Assembly: GCA_026702745.1 (NCBI GenBank)
Contig: JAPPBT010000046.1
Coordinates: 17,884-81,883 of the forward strand
DNA from: Gemmatimonadota bacterium
Lineage (GTDB): Bacteria > JAAXHH01
Reading direction: 5' to 3'
DNA length: 64,000 bases
This document shows positions 18,455 through 28,118 of the stretch, in pieces. A program made the position numbers and the translations under genes. Position 1 is the stretch's first letter; each line of letters begins with the position of its first letter. The notes beneath the pieces are model-generated. The model worked only from the letters and a program-made list of their open reading frames with translations, ran no database searches and was not told where the DNA came from.

Positions 18455-18604
18455 GGATTCAACGCTCGACCCGCATCGCCCCGGCGCCGGATTCCCGCGG
18501 CGCCGGATTCAACGCTCGACCCGGATCACCCCGGCGCCGGATTACCGTGGCGCCGGATTCAACGCTCGACCCGGATCACCCCGGCGCCGAATTACCGCAG
18601 CGCG
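18455..18604. repeat. Tandem repeat, 3 x 50 bp, in a convergent intergenic region. Each unit contains the palindrome CCGGCGCCGG.
   Basis: The units at 18455, 18505 and 18555 are nearly identical (GGATTCAACGCTCGACCCGGATCACCCCGGCGCCGGATTACCG...). A partial fourth copy overlaps the DegT stop codon. Confidence 0.7.
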
Positions 18605-18607
18605 GGA

Positions 18608-19840
18608 TTACCGCGTAGTTTCCAGCCCGGATGCGACCTTCCGCACGGCGCCGGCCACGTCGTCGATGTCCCCCTCGGTGTACTGTTCGTTGAAGGAGAG
18701 CATCACGAGTTGTCCGAGCAGTTCTCGGGTTCTTGGACACAATTCGTCCGCATGCTCGAAGGTGCGGTCCGTGTACGGGCTGAAAAAGGGGAAACGGGAG
18801 TCTCCGTAAGTACGGTGATCCGCGAGCGCCGCCGAACACTGGAAAATCGGATCGCCGATGTACCCGGCGCTCGCCCCGATCCCCTCGGCGTTCAGCGCCC
18901 GGGCGAAGGTTTCGTTCGGATACCCGGTGACCCGCATCGGGTAGGACCAGTAACTGTGCGTTGCACCCGGGGTAACCGGCGCCGGCACGATGCCGTCGAG
19001 GTGCTTGATCCCCTCGGACAGCCGGCTGCCGAGGCGGTTCCTCGATGCGACGACCGAGCCCACTTTTTCCAGCTGGGCCAGTCCCACCGCGGAATGGAGT
19101 TCCGTGATACGGCAGTTCATGCCCAGCGGTCCGTACATGCGCGATCCCGATCGATCCCGGTCGTAGTGCTTGTCCGCGAAGCTGCGCATACAGCGGTCCA
19201 GGGCGTCGTCGTTCGTGATGGTCATGCCGCCGTCCCCGGTGGTCATGTGCTTCGACTGCTGGAAGCTGAAGCAGCCGATGTCCCCGTAGGTACCCAGCAG
19301 CCGTCCCCGGTAACGCGTCAGGTGCGCCTGGCAGCAGTCCTCGATGAGCGGAATCCCCTTGCGGCTTGAAATCTCCGCCAGGGCCTCCATCCGGCAGGCG
19401 TTACCGAAGAGGTGTATGGCGATGATCGCCCGCGTCCGCGGCGTGATGAGCCGTTCGACCTCCTCCGGGTCCACGGTAAGCGTCTCCGGGTCCGTGTCCG
19501 CGAAGACCGGCACGGCGTTCTGGTACAGGATCGGGATGATCGTGCCCAGGTCGGTGATCGCGCTCGTGATGATCTCATCGCCAGGTTCAGGGTTTACCGC
19601 GCCGATGGCGACATGCAGGGCGGCGGTCCCCGAAGTGGATCCGATGGCGTGACTCGCACCGTAGGCTTCGGCGAAACGGCTTTCGAACAGCGGGGTGAGT
19701 TCGCCGCCCCAACGAAAGAGGTTCTGGGAACGCAGTGCCTTCGTGACGAGTCGTATTTCTTCGTCGCCGAATGGCGTCCTGGCAGGAAAGGGGCGGGATT
19801 GCGTATCCCGGTAGGGCGATCCGCCGTGGAGGGCTAACAT
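18608..19840 (-). CDS. DegT/DnrJ/EryC1/StrS-family PLP-dependent aminotransferase (sugar or aminocyclitol aminotransferase)
   Basis: 410 aa. The PLP lysine lies in FSFQQSKHMTTGDGG, and the pattern is typical for the family. Confidence 0.8.
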   Translation of the reverse strand: MLALHGGSPYRDTQSRPFPARTPFGDEEIRLVTKALRSQNLFRWGGELTPLFESRFAEAYGASHAIGSTSGTAALHVAIGAVNPEPGDEIITSAITDLGTIIPILYQNAVPVFADTDPETLTVDPEEVERLITPRTRAIIAIHLFGNACRMEALAEISSRKGIPLIEDCCQAHLTRYRGRLLGTYGDIGCFSFQQSKHMTTGDGGMTITNDDALDRCMRSFADKHYDRDRSGSRMYGPLGMNCRITELHSAVGLAQLEKVGSVVASRNRLGSRLSEGIKHLDGIVPAPVTPGATHSYWSYPMRVTGYPNETFARALNAEGIGASAGYIGDPIFQCSAALADHRTYGDSRFPFFSPYTDRTFEHADELCPRTRELLGQLVMLSFNEQYTEGDIDDVAGAVRKVASGLETTR

Positions 19841-19843
19841 GGG

Positions 19844-20467
19844 CTACAGGTCCACCCGGTACCGGCACTTCCACTTCGTGTCCCACCGGTAGAGCGGATC
19901 GCTCGGGGGAATCGGGACGGTCTCCACCAGCGTGGAACCGATGATCTCGCAGGTCCTTCTGGATGCCGCGTTCTCCGGATTGCAGGTGATCCAGAGCGGG
20001 TTGATCCCGTGTGCCCGGGCGAGCGGCAGGATGAGCAGGCAACTGCGGGCGGCCAGCCGGTGGCCTCGATAGGGCGGGTCCACGGAGTATCCAATATGGC
20101 CGGCGTACTTCTCGATGTGCTCCGTATTGCCGATGCGCAATGACAGCCTGCCCATCGCGGTGGCCGGGCGATCCGGTTTGTCAGGGCGGTCGAGGAGGTC
20201 CTCACGATCGAGTACGCCCGGTCCGCCTGGTCTGCCCGGCCGGTCCGGTCGGGCAGATCCGTCCGGTCCGTCCAGGCTGTCCGCACGAACCATGTCGAAG
20301 ATGTACTCGGGAACGATGCCGCGACGCGCGTCTCCCGGCAACGTCCCGTGGAGCCGTAATCGTAGATCTCCGTCCACAAGCACGCCCGGTTCGTGAAATT
20401 GAAACGGGACGTCATCGACCTTGAATCGGTTCCTGAGGGTGGCAAAAAACAGACTGAGGTTTTTCAT
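19844..20467 (-). CDS. GNAT-family N-acetyltransferase with a proline-rich collagen-like insertion. It is in an operon with the aminotransferase (3-nt gap).
   Basis: The C-terminal GNAT core is RIGNTEHIEKYAGHIGYSVDPPYRGHRLA. The insert reads DGPDGSARPDRPGRPGGPGVLDREDLLDRPDKPDRP. Confidence 0.6.
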   Translation of the reverse strand: MKNLSLFFATLRNRFKVDDVPFQFHEPGVLVDGDLRLRLHGTLPGDARRGIVPEYIFDMVRADSLDGPDGSARPDRPGRPGGPGVLDREDLLDRPDKPDRPATAMGRLSLRIGNTEHIEKYAGHIGYSVDPPYRGHRLAARSCLLILPLARAHGINPLWITCNPENAASRRTCEIIGSTLVETVPIPPSDPLYRWDTKWKCRYRVDL

Positions 20468-20532
20468 CGAGAACGGTGGACATCCCCTGCGAATTCACGG
20501 GGAAGGCTGATGGTCCACGCCCCTTTAGCCCG

Positions 20533-21975
20533 TCAGTATCGATAATGATCGGGTTTGTAGGGGCCTTCGATGGGGACGCCGATGTAATCCGCCTGGTTCC
20601 GGGACAGCCGGGTCAGCTTCACGCCCAGTTTCTGAAGGTGCAGCCTGGCCACCTCCTCGTCCAGGTGTTTCGGCAAGGTCGTCACGCCGGTTTCGTGCTC
20701 GTTGAGCCGCAGGTCGATCTGCGCGATCACCTGGTTGGTGAAGGAACTGGACATGACAAAGGAAGGGTGGCCCGTGGCGCATCCCAGGTTCACCAGTCTG
20801 CCCTCCGCGAGCAGGAAAACGGCGTGCCCGTCGGGGAATACATACTTGTCCACCTGGGGCTTGATGGGCTGTTTCACGATGCCCGGAAACTCGTTCAGCG
20901 CGTCCACCTGGATTTCGTTGTCGAAGTGCCCGATGTTGCTGACGATGGCCTGGTCCTGCATGCGCTCCATGTGCTCGACACGGATGATGTCCCGGTTCCC
21001 CGTCGTCGTAACGAAGATCTGGCCCTGGTCCAGCACGTCTTCGATGGTTGTCACCTCGTAGCCTTCCATGGCGGCCTGCAGCGCGCAGATGGGATCGATC
21101 TCCGTGATCACTACGCGCGCGCCGAATCCCCGCATCGACTGGGCGCATCCCTTGCCCACGTCGCCATATCCGCAGACGACGACCGTCTTCCCTGCGACCA
21201 TGACGTCGAGGGCGCGCTTGAGACCGTCCGCGAGCGACTCGCGGCAACCGTAGAGGTTGTCGAACTTGGACTTGGTCACCGAATCGTTGACGTTGATGGC
21301 CGGGAACAGGAGCTTGCCTTCATCCATCATCTGGTACAGCCTGTGGACGCCCGTGGTCGTCTCTTCGGAGACGCCGCGTATGTTCGCACTCATGTCGTGC
21401 CAGAATCGCGGGTTCCGGTCCAGCTGCCGCCGGAGTATTTCGTTGATGATCTGCAGTTCCCGGTTGTCCGTGGGTTCATCCAGGATGGAGGGGTCGTCCT
21501 CGGCCTCCACGCCGCGGTGAATGAGGAGCGTGGCATCGCCGCCGTCGTCCACGATCTGCGTGGGTCCGGTCTCGCCGTCGAAAGTCAGCGCCTGCAGCGT
21601 GCAGGCCCAGTATTCCTCCAGGCTTTCCCCCTTCCACGCGAATACGGGAATGCCGTCGTCCGCGATGGCGGCCGCCGCGTGGTCCTGGGTCGAAAAGATG
21701 TTGCAGGAAGCCCACCGAATCCCGGCACCGAGGGCCCTGAGTGTCTGGATGAGCACGGCGGTCTGGATCGTCATGTGGAGGGAACCCATGATCCGCGTGT
21801 CCCGCAACGGCTGTTCGCGGGCGTATTTCTCGCGGACGGCCATCAGCCCGGGCATTTCCTGTTCGGCGATGGCGATTTCACGGTGTCCCAGTTCCGCCTC
21901 GGACAGGTCGGCCACCTTGTAAGGCAGGCCGGAGTAGTCGGGTAACTCGATGGTGGTCGGCAAATCCTGCGCCAT
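20533..21975 (-). CDS. ahcY: Adenosylhomocysteinase (S-adenosyl-L-homocysteine hydrolase)
   Basis: Full-length match to the SAHH pattern ([19 protein letters not shown], the NAD-binding [10 protein letters not shown], and the C-terminal tail). The ATG at 21975 has an AGGAG ribosome-binding site. The track start at 21996 is a TTG 7 codons upstream. Confidence 0.85.
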   Translation of the reverse strand: MAQDLPTTIELPDYSGLPYKVADLSEAELGHREIAIAEQEMPGLMAVREKYAREQPLRDTRIMGSLHMTIQTAVLIQTLRALGAGIRWASCNIFSTQDHAAAAIADDGIPVFAWKGESLEEYWACTLQALTFDGETGPTQIVDDGGDATLLIHRGVEAEDDPSILDEPTDNRELQIINEILRRQLDRNPRFWHDMSANIRGVSEETTTGVHRLYQMMDEGKLLFPAINVNDSVTKSKFDNLYGCRESLADGLKRALDVMVAGKTVVVCGYGDVGKGCAQSMRGFGARVVITEIDPICALQAAMEGYEVTTIEDVLDQGQIFVTTTGNRDIIRVEHMERMQDQAIVSNIGHFDNEIQVDALNEFPGIVKQPIKPQVDKYVFPDGHAVFLLAEGRLVNLGCATGHPSFVMSSSFTNQVIAQIDLRLNEHETGVTTLPKHLDEEVARLHLQKLGVKLTRLSRNQADYIGVPIEGPYKPDHYRY

Positions 21976-22053
21976 GTATACACTCCTTGATTCCAATATT
22001 GGGTCTGCTTTTGGGTCTGCGGTTACACAAAATCACTCTGAAAATCGCACCTC

Positions 22054-22082
22054 ATTATACGAGGTAGCCTCCATAAATGCAA
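22054..22082 (-). promoter_or_regulatory. Strong sigma70-type promoter for ahcY on the minus strand (TTGCAT - 17 nt - TATAAT)
   Basis: Read on the reverse complement. It lies about 80 nt upstream of the ahcY ATG. No SAH-riboswitch-like conservation is evident in the 5' UTR. Confidence 0.35.
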
Positions 22083-22279
22083 CAACCACGTTATCCAACA
22101 CCGGCCGATCGCGACGTTCACCTGAAATCACGCCGCCTGCCCGGTACCCGGCGCCGCAAAAATCGCTTGATCGCGATTCCGGTGCGTCTTATAGTCTGTC
22201 CCTACCACGACCATTCAACGCGCGGGTCGCCCCAGGACGGTCGACGCGGGCGGCACAAGGCATCGGACGCGGGGGTAGC

Positions 22280-22546
22280 ATGATCGATCAGGATTTGCTG
22301 GACATACTGGCCTGCCCGGAAACCAAGGAAGAGGTGCGTCTCGCTTCCGATTCCGAAGTCGCCTCCATTAACGAAATGATCAGGGCGGGCGATCTAGTCA
22401 ACCGGGGCGGCATGAAGGTGACGGAACCCATCGACGGCGGGCTGGTCCGGGCCGACGGCAAGTACCTCTATCCCATCCGGGAAGAGATCCCCATCATGCT
22501 GATCGACGAAGCAATTCCATTCTCCGCCGAGGTGGACGCATCCTGA
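22280..22546 (+). CDS. Trm112-like small protein (DUF343 family)
   Basis: 88 aa with the family hallmark LLDILACP. The track ORF starting at 21950 is over-extended. Confidence 0.55.
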   Translation: MIDQDLLDILACPETKEEVRLASDSEVASINEMIRAGDLVNRGGMKVTEPIDGGLVRADGKYLYPIREEIPIMLIDEAIPFSAEVDAS

Positions 22547-22605
22547 ACGGCGCCGCGCAGCGCCGAACCGGCCGTCTCAAATAAAAACCCCGTACAGGCA
22601 ACCGC

Positions 22606-23961
22606 ATGTCCCATGAATACGACCCTTACGCGCTGCTCCCCGAACATGTGAGAAAACCGCCCACCGACCGCTGGTCGACGATCCGCCAGCTGGGTCCGGG
22701 CCTGCTGTTGACCGGTTCCATCGTGGGTTCCGGCGAACTCATCGCCACCACGCGTCTCGGCGCCGAGGTCGGTTTCGTGGTGCTCTGGCTCATTCTCCTG
22801 AGCTGTGCCGTCAAGGTGCCGGTGCAGAGCGAACTCGGCCGCCACGCCATCGCCACGGGTCAGACCACTTTCGTCGCCTTCAACAAAGTGCCGGGACCGC
22901 GCCTGCGGGTATCGTGGCTCGTTTGGGGAAGCTTGCTGCTCCTGCTCTGGAGCACGATGCAGGTCGGGGGCATTTTCGGTACAATGAGCCTGTCGCTGGA
23001 CCTGATCTTCCCGGTTTTCGGAAACACCTCCTGGCTGATCATACTCACCCTGGTCGGCATGGGACTCGGTCTCGTAGGCCAGTACATGACGCTGGAGCGG
23101 ATCACCACCATCCTGGTCGCTCTCTTTACTTTCACCACGCTGGCCAGCGCGCTGCTCCTGTTCTGGACCCCCTATGCCGTTTCTCCCCAGGCGCTCCTGG
23201 ACGGGTTGCGGTTCGCCCTGCCGACGGACGGCGCCGTGACGGCATTCGCCGTCTTCGGCATCACCGGCGTCGGCGCGTCCGAACTCCTGCTCTACCCGTA
23301 CTGGTGCGTGGAAAAGGGATATGCCCGGTCGGCCGGACCCAGGGACGGCAGCCCCGACTGGCGGGCGCGCGCCCTGGGATGGATCGGCGTGATGAAAAAG
23401 GACGTGTGGCTTTGCATGGTCATCTACACGCTGGCCACGCTTGCCTTCTTCTTTCTCGGCGCAGCTGTGCTTCACGCCCAGGGCATGGTGCCCGAGGGTT
23501 TCGGCACCGTGCAGATACTCTCCGGCATGTACACGGAAACGCTGGGGAACTGGGCGTTCTACCTGTTCGGCGTGGGCGCTTTCGTGGTCCTCTTCTCGAC
23601 CTATTTCGTCACCATCGTGGGCCAGTCGCGCATGCTGGCGGACGCCCTTTCGGTTCTGGGTTTCGTTACCTATGCCCGGCCCAACGACCGGCAGCGCGTC
23701 GTGCGGGTGATCGGCGTCCTGCTGCCCCTGGTTTATCTCGTCCTCTACGTTCTGTGGTCCGCGCCGGTCACCATGGTGATTATCGGCGCGCTGATGCAGA
23801 CAATCCTCCTGCCGGCCATCGGGTGGGCGGCGCTGTACTTCAGCCGGACGACGGCGAGGGAAGCGGGCGTTCCCCCGTCCCGGCTCATGCTGGCGGCGCT
23901 GACGGCCGCCACGCTGGTCATGGCCGCTTTCGCGATCTATGCGGTGTGGGTAAGGTTCTAG
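22606..23961 (+). CDS. Polytopic membrane transporter (about 11-12 transmembrane segments; Nramp/APC-like fold), substrate unknown
   Basis: 451 aa and very hydrophobic. The N-terminal TGSIVGSGELIATT segment weakly resembles Nramp-like TM1. No definitive motif. Confidence 0.4.
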   Translation: MSHEYDPYALLPEHVRKPPTDRWSTIRQLGPGLLLTGSIVGSGELIATTRLGAEVGFVVLWLILLSCAVKVPVQSELGRHAIATGQTTFVAFNKVPGPRLRVSWLVWGSLLLLLWSTMQVGGIFGTMSLSLDLIFPVFGNTSWLIILTLVGMGLGLVGQYMTLERITTILVALFTFTTLASALLLFWTPYAVSPQALLDGLRFALPTDGAVTAFAVFGITGVGASELLLYPYWCVEKGYARSAGPRDGSPDWRARALGWIGVMKKDVWLCMVIYTLATLAFFFLGAAVLHAQGMVPEGFGTVQILSGMYTETLGNWAFYLFGVGAFVVLFSTYFVTIVGQSRMLADALSVLGFVTYARPNDRQRVVRVIGVLLPLVYLVLYVLWSAPVTMVIIGALMQTILLPAIGWAALYFSRTTAREAGVPPSRLMLAALTAATLVMAAFAIYAVWVRF

Positions 23962-24029
23962 ATCGAGCGCTCGTCAGGCCAGGCCGGAATCCTGATCGCG
24001 GCCGTGGCCCGTGCAGGGACGCGGCCCGA

Positions 24030-27000
24030 TCAAACCAGTCCCGATTCCCGGTCGCGTGAACGGTTGTCCGGGTCCCGTGATCCGGGCGGTCCGTAGCCAC
24101 CTCCTCCGGCGGACAGGGCGATGATGCGGTCTCCGGGGAGAATGGGCACTTCGGTTTCCTTCGATTTCAACATCCGCTCTTTGCCGTTGGACACCACCCT
24201 GTACCGGTGCGGCAGGCCCGGCGCACCGCCGAAGAGCCCGAAGGGCGGATTGACGACGCCGTCGCCCGCCATGTTCAGCTTTGCCGGTTCGTCCCCCTCG
24301 TAGACCATCTCGAACACGGCGCCCAGTCCGCCCCGCCACGTTCCGTCGCCGCCCGAGCCCGGCCGCAGGTCGTTCCGTACGATCTTGAAGGGGAAGCGCT
24401 CCTCGGTGATCTCCACGCTGGGGCTCCGGATCGCCCCGGCCACGTTGACCTCGCCCACGCAGGACCAGCCGTCGTATCCCCGGGAGGCGCCCCCGCCCCC
24501 CCGTCCGAAGAAGAAGTGCCAGATGAACCGGTTCCCCGTGCGCGGATTGCGCCCGGTGATCGCGAATCGAAGCCTCCGGGAGAACCCCGCGTTCACGGCA
24601 TCCGGTGCGACCGGGGCCAGCGCCTTGAAGACGGCCTCCACGATCTCTTCCCCGCAGTGGTTGGTGCTCATGCAGACCGGCGCCGGCGGGTTCGGGTTCA
24701 CGATCAGGCCCCTGGGCGCGATGACATTCACCGGCCGCATGGATCCCTCGTTCTTCGGTACGTCGGACGGTGCCATGTACATGATGGCGACGTGGGCCAG
24801 CGATCGCGTGTTGGCATAGGCGCTGTTGATGAACCCGGTGACCTGGGGACTCGATTCGCTCAGATCAATGGTCATGTGGTCGTCCTGGACGGTGACCTTT
24901 GCCCGTATGGGGATCGACTCGGCGTCGAATCCGTCATCGTCCAGCAGCGTCTCCCCGAAGTACACGCCGTCCTTCCAGCTGCCGATGAGTTGCCGGATCC
25001 GCCGTTCCGCGCTGTCCAGGATGGCTTCGACGGACGCCATCAGGCCATCGGCGCCGTAATCGTCGAGCAGCGCCTGCAGCCGGCGCGCAGCGATCTGTAC
25101 CGATCCGATCTGGGCGTGCAGGTCGCCGGTGAAGTTCTCCGCGTGGCGCACGTTGACTGCCAGCATGTGAAGCAGGTCCTCTCTGGGCCGGCCCGCTTCA
25201 TAGAGCCTCACAGGAGGAATGCGAAGACCTTCGTGGTACAGTTCGCTGGCCGAGGGGTTGTATCCGCCGTGGGTTCCCCCGCCGATATCGCTGTGATGGG
25301 CCCGGTTTACGGCGAAGAAGCGCAGTGCCCCGTCGCGGAACACGGGGTAGATCGCCGTGATGTCCGGCAGGTGGCTGCCGCCGAAATAGGGGTCGTTAAG
25401 GATGAACAGATCGTCTTCATTGATGTCGTCGCCGAAGTACTCGCGCACCGCTTCGACCGACGGCGGCAGGGCGCTGATATGCACGGGAATGCCTTCGCCC
25501 TGCGCCACGAGTTGCCCCGTCGCGTCGAGGATCGCCGTGGAGAAGTCCCTGCTGGAGTTAAGGATCTGCGACATGGAAGTGCGGATCATGACGTCCGCCA
25601 TCTCTCGTGCGATCGATTCCAGGCGGTGTGCCACGACCGAGTGGGTGACCGGATCCGACCTGGCCGGAGCCGCGTCGGGGGCGTCGGTCGTCGCGGACGC
25701 TTCCGTCGACACGGGCGTGTCGGGCGCGTACAGCGTCTCCGGGTTCGCGTCCGGCGCTTCCGCCGCCGTAGTCGATACGGCCAGGAACATGCCGCCGTAA
25801 GGATCGACTTCGAGATGGTCGCCTTCTTCTACGAGCACGGTGGTGAAATCGGATTCGACGATGGCCGGTCCTTCGATCACGGAGCCGGGTGCAAGATCGT
25901 CCGCCGCGAAGACGGCGGCTTCGGTCCAGGTTCCGGTGTAGACCCTTCGCGTGCCCTTGCACGCCTCCCCGGTCCGGTCGTTCCGTTCCCTGGCGTTCCG
26001 TTCCCTGACGGGCAGCTCGACCGTCGGCAGCTTGCCCGTGACCGTGGCGCGCAGCGTGACCAGGCGGATCTCCTGGTCGAGCTGATGGTAGGAATACAGG
26101 GTCTGGTACCGTTCGTGGAAGAGCGAAGCCCACGCGCGCCGAATCGCATCGTCGTCCATCGAAAGGTCCGGCACGGTCACGTTCACCTCGTAGATCTGGT
26201 CCAGGTAGCGCATGTCGGCCGTGAACCGGGTGGCGATGTCCTCGTCAGCCAGTCCCTGGTTTCTGAGCCGCGCGATGCCCTGGCCGGCCATCCGGTCCGC
26301 CAGGCGCCTGACCTCGCCGAGGTCGACCACGTCCAGGCTTGCCGTGAATGACTGGGCGAAGTCGTACCGCAGATCGGACGCGAGCATGCCGTAGGCCGAC
26401 AGCACGGGGGCTGCCGACGGCAGGTAGACTTTGCCGATACCCGTCTTCCGGGCGACCTGGGCCACATGCAAGCCCGCCGCTCCTCCGAAGGCCAGTAGGG
26501 AAAAATGGCGGGGATCGCCTCCCCGGCGCACGGTCAGCAGCCGGATGCCTTCGGCCATGGCCGTGGTCACCACGTCGAGGATGCCGCGGGCCGCGTCCAC
26601 CGTGGACAGCCCGAGCGGTTCGGCAACGGATTCCTGTACCGCCCGTTCAGACAGATCGGGAAAGAGGGGATTCCGTCCGCCCAGGAAGTTCCCGGGATCA
26701 AGGTAGCCCAGGACCAGGTTCGCGTCGGTAACCGTGGGCTGATCGCCGCCCCGGCCGTAACAGGCCGGACCGGGATCGGCCCCGGCGCTCCGGGGTCCGA
26801 CGTGCAGCGTACCTCCGTCGTCCACCCGCGCGATGCTCCCACCGCCCGCGCCCAGTGTGTGGAGATCGATCATCGGCACGGCGATCTTCCATCCCCCTTC
26901 GTAATGTTCCCCGGAGACCTGGGGATCTCCGGCTTCAATCACCGAGATGTCCGTGCTCGTTCCGCCCATGTCGAATCCGATGAGATTCTCCGCGCCGGTC

Positions 27001-27944
27001 AGGCGGCCGTAGGCGACGGCCCCGCTGACCCCGCCGGCCGGTCCGGAGAGTATGGCCTGCACGGCCTGCCGCGACGCGACGTCCAGTGGCGTTACCCCTC
27101 CGTTGGAGGTCATCGTAAGGATGTCACTCGCGAGACCGAGGCTGGTGGCCTCCTTCTTCATGCGTTCAAGATACCTGGCGTAGACCGGACCTACGTAGGC
27201 GTTCACGGCCGTGGTACTCAGGCGGTCGTATTCCTTGATCTGGGGCAGGATTTCGGAGGAGAGCGAGAGGTACAGTTCCGGGTACCGCTGCCGGATGCGG
27301 TCACCGACGAGTCGTTCGTGCGCCGGGTTCAGGTAGGAGAAAACCAGGCAGACGGCGACGGATTCCACGCCGGTCCGTGCGAGTTCGTCCAGTATCTCGT
27401 CAAGCGCTTCTTTATCCACGGGCGCTTCAACGGCGCCGTCGGATCGGATACGTTCCTCCAACGTATGCCGCAGGGACCGGGGAACCAGTGGTTCGACGGG
27501 GGTCATCCTCAGATTGTACCGATCTTCTTTCAGCCCTTCCCTGAGCGCCAGCAGGTCCCGGAATCCCTCGGTGGTGATCAGTCCGACCCGGGCGCCTTTG
27601 CGCTCCAGGAGCGTGTTGGTCGCGACGGTGGTGCCGTGAATGAACAGCCGGGTCCTGGACATCAGTTCGGCCGCGGAAAGGCCGTGGGCTTCGGCAATGT
27701 CGCGGAGTCCGTTCATCACCGCGTCGGACGGCGCCCGGGGAGTCGACGCCGTCTTGAAGTAGCGTGGCGCGGCATCTCCTTCCACAACGACGAAATCCGT
27801 GAACGTCCCGCCGACGTCGATGCCAATGGAGATGGGCGGTTTGGCGGCGTCGGGTTTGACGGTGCCCGGATTCGCGGCGTCGGGTTTGATGGTGCCCGGA
27901 TTCGCGGCGTCGGGTCTCGCGGCATCGCTGGCGTGAATGTTCAT
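24030..27944 (-). CDS. Fused hydantoinase A / hydantoinase B family enzyme (oxoprolinase / acetone-acetophenone carboxylase superfamily), about 1300 aa
   Basis: The N-terminal half carries the HyuA pattern (IGIDVGGTFTDFV) and the C-terminal half is HyuB-like. The ATG at 27944 has a GGGAG ribosome-binding site. The track start at 27980 is a GTG. Confidence 0.8.
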   Translation of the reverse strand: MNIHASDAARPDAANPGTIKPDAANPGTVKPDAAKPPISIGIDVGGTFTDFVVVEGDAAPRYFKTASTPRAPSDAVMNGLRDIAEAHGLSAAELMSRTRLFIHGTTVATNTLLERKGARVGLITTEGFRDLLALREGLKEDRYNLRMTPVEPLVPRSLRHTLEERIRSDGAVEAPVDKEALDEILDELARTGVESVAVCLVFSYLNPAHERLVGDRIRQRYPELYLSLSSEILPQIKEYDRLSTTAVNAYVGPVYARYLERMKKEATSLGLASDILTMTSNGGVTPLDVASRQAVQAILSGPAGGVSGAVAYGRLTGAENLIGFDMGGTSTDISVIEAGDPQVSGEHYEGGWKIAVPMIDLHTLGAGGGSIARVDDGGTLHVGPRSAGADPGPACYGRGGDQPTVTDANLVLGYLDPGNFLGGRNPLFPDLSERAVQESVAEPLGLSTVDAARGILDVVTTAMAEGIRLLTVRRGGDPRHFSLLAFGGAAGLHVAQVARKTGIGKVYLPSAAPVLSAYGMLASDLRYDFAQSFTASLDVVDLGEVRRLADRMAGQGIARLRNQGLADEDIATRFTADMRYLDQIYEVNVTVPDLSMDDDAIRRAWASLFHERYQTLYSYHQLDQEIRLVTLRATVTGKLPTVELPVRERNARERNDRTGEACKGTRRVYTGTWTEAAVFAADDLAPGSVIEGPAIVESDFTTVLVEEGDHLEVDPYGGMFLAVSTTAAEAPDANPETLYAPDTPVSTEASATTDAPDAAPARSDPVTHSVVAHRLESIAREMADVMIRTSMSQILNSSRDFSTAILDATGQLVAQGEGIPVHISALPPSVEAVREYFGDDINEDDLFILNDPYFGGSHLPDITAIYPVFRDGALRFFAVNRAHHSDIGGGTHGGYNPSASELYHEGLRIPPVRLYEAGRPREDLLHMLAVNVRHAENFTGDLHAQIGSVQIAARRLQALLDDYGADGLMASVEAILDSAERRIRQLIGSWKDGVYFGETLLDDDGFDAESIPIRAKVTVQDDHMTIDLSESSPQVTGFINSAYANTRSLAHVAIMYMAPSDVPKNEGSMRPVNVIAPRGLIVNPNPPAPVCMSTNHCGEEIVEAVFKALAPVAPDAVNAGFSRRLRFAITGRNPRTGNRFIWHFFFGRGGGGASRGYDGWSCVGEVNVAGAIRSPSVEITEERFPFKIVRNDLRPGSGGDGTWRGGLGAVFEMVYEGDEPAKLNMAGDGVVNPPFGLFGGAPGLPHRYRVVSNGKERMLKSKETEVPILPGDRIIALSAGGGGYGPPGSRDPDNRSRDRESGLV
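27846..27920. repeat. In-frame 30-bp tandem repeat (about 2.6 copies) encoding PDAANPGT(I/V)K at the N-terminus of the hydantoinase-family protein
   Basis: The unit GGCGTCGGGTTTGA(C/T)GGTGCCCGGATTCGC is repeated at 27846 and 27876, with a partial third copy. Confidence 0.6.
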
Positions 27945-28118
27945 TTCGAATCTCCCGACCGGTCCGTATTGACGCAGCACGATGGAAGGTCTATACTGTG
28001 CAAGTTGTCACACCCACTCGGTGCGGTGATAAAGGTTCCCTGACGCGATGGCAAGGTCAATGCGCACGCGTCACCACGAATTTCGTTGTCTACATCAAGG
28101 AGTCGCATCGCCAAGATT

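Noticed and set aside
18455-18604. CRISPR array
   Set aside because: The 50-bp units are contiguous with no unique spacers between them and there are no cas genes. It is a simple tandem repeat.
22077-22283. 68-aa ORF in the ahcY/trm112 divergent promoter region, and other small intergenic ORFs (63538-63735, 36404-36589)
   Set aside because: They overlap promoter or UTR sequence, have no ribosome-binding site, and their composition is not coding-like.
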